64,000 nt of DNA from an uncultured Gemmatimonadaceae bacterium. GTDB taxonomy: Bacteria > Gemmatimonadota > Gemmatimonadetes > Gemmatimonadales > Gemmatimonadaceae. Made by a program: the position numbers and the translations under genes. The DNA lies in assembly GCA_963790305.1 (NCBI GenBank), contig CAWBOC010000006.1:352001-416000 (forward strand), given 5' to 3'. The notes under the pieces were generated by a model. The model was not told where the DNA came from. It did not search any database and worked only from the letters and a program-made list of their open reading frames with translations. Shown here in pieces: positions 61,988 through 64,000 of the stretch; position 1 is the first letter of the stretch, and each line of letters starts with the position of its first letter.

Positions 61988-62147
61988 ACCGACGCGGCGC
62001 TCTCCTTCGTAGACGCGGAGTTTAGGCTCGCCGCGACGAGTCATGGGTCGATGAATGTCCCGCGTTGCGCATCCCTGATGCGAGGATACGCCAGGCGCGG
62101 AACGGGAACCGTTAAATGTAGATATGGCAGAGGATTGAGGCAAGAGT

Positions 62148-62203
62148 CGAATACGGAATGCGGAAGGAGGATAAGGCCCTCCGGATTCCGCATTCCGCAT
62201 TCG
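62148..62203. repeat. Inverted repeat of GCGGAAT heptamers
   Basis: cgaatacggaatgcggaa ... ttccgcattccgcattcg, 2 nt after the cmk stop. Confidence 0.85.
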
Positions 62204-62205
62204 TC

Positions 62206-62919
62206 CTAGCTGCTGCGCTTCAACACGACTCGCGCGAGGGTGACGATCCGCTCGACCTGCTCTTCCTGCGTCAGGTACGTGGTGTCGATGAGCACCGCAT
62301 CGGACGCTTGAACGGTTTGTGTGGCGTCGCGGGAGTCCCGCTGGACGAGGCGCTCCGTCTCCTCGGCAATCTCGTCGTCAGTCGGCGCCCGCTCGAACCG
62401 CTGGGTCAGCCGACGACGGGCGCGCTCCCAGGGATCGGCCACCAGAAAAACCTTGAGGTCGGCGTCCGGAAACACCACGGTTCCGATGTCCCGCCCATCG
62501 ACGACGACGTCGCACCCCTTCGCCGTTCGGCGCACCATCTCGTTCACCCATTCGCGCACGCGCGGCATCTTCGCCACCAGGGACACGAACTGGGTCACCC
62601 CTGCGTCGCGAATCTCCGCGTCGATGGCATCGTCGCCGATCGCGGCAATGAACGACGTACGGTTCGGGAGGAGCCTAACGCCGGTGGCAGCCGCGAGGAC
62701 GAAATCCTCCGTCCAGTTGCCCCCAGGCTGACCACGCATGGCGGCGGCCGTCGCAGCCCGGTACAGCGCCCCGGAGTCGATGTGACGGAAGTCCAAACGC
62801 TCAGCGACCCAATGGGCGGTCGAGGATTTCCCCGACGCGGCCGGGCCGTCGATGGCGATGATCGCGGTTTCTCCGGGCCGGCGAACGCGAGGCGTGAACG
62901 GTGGCGTCCCAGATCTCAT
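62206..62919 (-). CDS. cmk: Cytidylate kinase
   Basis: IAIDGPAASGKSS, DSGALYRA, DGRDIGTVVFPDA. Confidence 0.97.
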   Translation of the reverse strand: MRSGTPPFTPRVRRPGETAIIAIDGPAASGKSSTAHWVAERLDFRHIDSGALYRAATAAAMRGQPGGNWTEDFVLAAATGVRLLPNRTSFIAAIGDDAIDAEIRDAGVTQFVSLVAKMPRVREWVNEMVRRTAKGCDVVVDGRDIGTVVFPDADLKVFLVADPWERARRRLTQRFERAPTDDEIAEETERLVQRDSRDATQTVQASDAVLIDTTYLTQEEQVERIVTLARVVLKRSS

Positions 62920-64000
62920 CGCGTGACACGCCGCAGGTCATCCCAAAACCCCGGGTACGATACGGCAACGCACGACGGATCATCGATGTGAATCTCGTTG
63001 CCCGGAAGGCTGGCGAGCACGCCGAACGCCATGGCGACGCGGTGATCGCCATGCGTGCGCACCGCGCCGCTCAATGGCATGGTCGAACCGTGCACGATGA
63101 AGCCATCCGGCGTTTCCTCCGCTCGAGCGCCAATCGCCTGAAGATTCTGCACCACGGTGGCAATCCGGTCACTCTCCTTGACTCGGAGCTCCTGGGCGCC
63201 TCGCACCGTCGTGACGCCCTCGGCCCGTGCCGCGAGACAGCCGAGTAGCACCAGCTCGTCGATCATCGCCGGGACCTCTGCCCCCTCGATCGTCGTTCCG
63301 CGAAGCCTGGACGACTTCGCGCGAATCGTGCCGACCGGTTCGCCAGCAGAGTCGCGTTGAACCTCGGAAGACACCAGCCCGCCCATCCGGCGCGCCACGC
63401 CGACAAAGCCAACCCTTCGCGCGTTGAGCGCAACCCCGGGGAGCTCGACCTCGCCGTCGTCAGCGAGTAACGCCAACGCCACGAAGAACGCCGCGGATGA
63501 TGGATCCCCAGGCACGGTGAAATCGAGGGGCGCCAGACGAGCAATCGGCTCGAGCACCACGCGACCGTCGTGCGTCGCGACATGAGCGCCCATGGCGCCG
63601 AGCAATCGCTCGGTGTGATCGCGTGTCGGCGCGGGCTCGGTCACTTCGGCGCGAACGCCGGCGACCAGCGCGCCGAGGAGAATCGCGCTTTTCGTTTGCG
63701 CGCTGGCGACAGGGGTCTGCCACACGAGAGCGTGCAGGTCCGCCCCGCGAACCAGCATCGGCAACCCATCGCCACGCTCGAGCTCGACGGTGGCACCCAT
63801 GGCCTCCAGCGGCTGCTTGATGCGCTTCATGGGGCGGCGAGACAGGCTGTCATCGCCGACGAAGCGGGCGCTGAACGGATGCCCTGCGACGACCCCGGCC
63901 AGGAGACGCGCCGTCGTACCACTGTTCCCGCAGTCGAGCGCGCGCTCAGGGGCGTGCAGGCCGCGCCGTCCTCGCCCGTCGACGCGCGTCTCGGCGTCGC
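62916..64000 (-). CDS. aroA: 3-phosphoshikimate 1-carboxyvinyltransferase (5' truncated by window edge)
   Basis: DCGNSGTT, ASAQTKSA, RDHTE, ELRVKESDR, GDHRVAM. Confidence 0.97.
   Translation of the reverse strand, partial: DAETRVDGRGRRGLHAPERALDCGNSGTTARLLAGVVAGHPFSARFVGDDSLSRRPMKRIKQPLEAMGATVELERGDGLPMLVRGADLHALVWQTPVASAQTKSAILLGALVAGVRAEVTEPAPTRDHTERLLGAMGAHVATHDGRVVLEPIARLAPLDFTVPGDPSSAAFFVALALLADDGEVELPGVALNARRVGFVGVARRMGGLVSSEVQRDSAGEPVGTIRAKSSRLRGTTIEGAEVPAMIDELVLLGCLAARAEGVTTVRGAQELRVKESDRIATVVQNLQAIGARAEETPDGFIVHGSTMPLSGAVRTHGDHRVAMAFGVLASLPGNEIHIDDPSCVAVSYPGFWDDLRRVTR

Noticed and set aside
456..62203. Short tandem repeats as CRISPR arrays
   Set aside because: Units are 7-10 nt, adjacent and inverted, with no unique spacers and no cas genes.

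Overview
High-GC bacterial chromosome segment. Gene content and order suggest Gemmatimonadota (inference). Most of the window is housekeeping on the minus strand: aroA-cmk-rpsA; acyl-CoA carboxylase genes; rplM-rpsI-rpsB-tsf-pyrH-frr-uppS-cdsA-dxr-rseP; rpsO-pnp-M16 peptidase-ald; mreBCD-mrdA-rodA; accD-folC-hisS-proS-lysA-guaA; dusB-larB-GGDEF. It also holds a susC/susD locus and a tmRNA gene. Several items are missing from the ORF track. (1) A complete peroxiredoxin-like UxxC selenoprotein gene (51055->50558) with an in-frame TGA and a SECIS-like hairpin. (2) tmRNA (tag ANSNMALAA) with a decayed tyrosine-integrase C-terminus at its 3' end, marking a vestigial island of orphan lipoproteins. 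(3) Seven complete intergenic 'tandem-unit inverted repeat' elements plus one solo arm, built from six unrelated 7-10 nt units. Two of them are homologous ~140 bp multi-hairpin elements that each begin on a TAG stop codon. Several genes (dxr, pccB-like, PAP2, M20 amidohydrolase, susC, susD, DUF4397-like) carry frameshifts, probably sequencing indels. All calls are by eye from motifs; no database searches were run.
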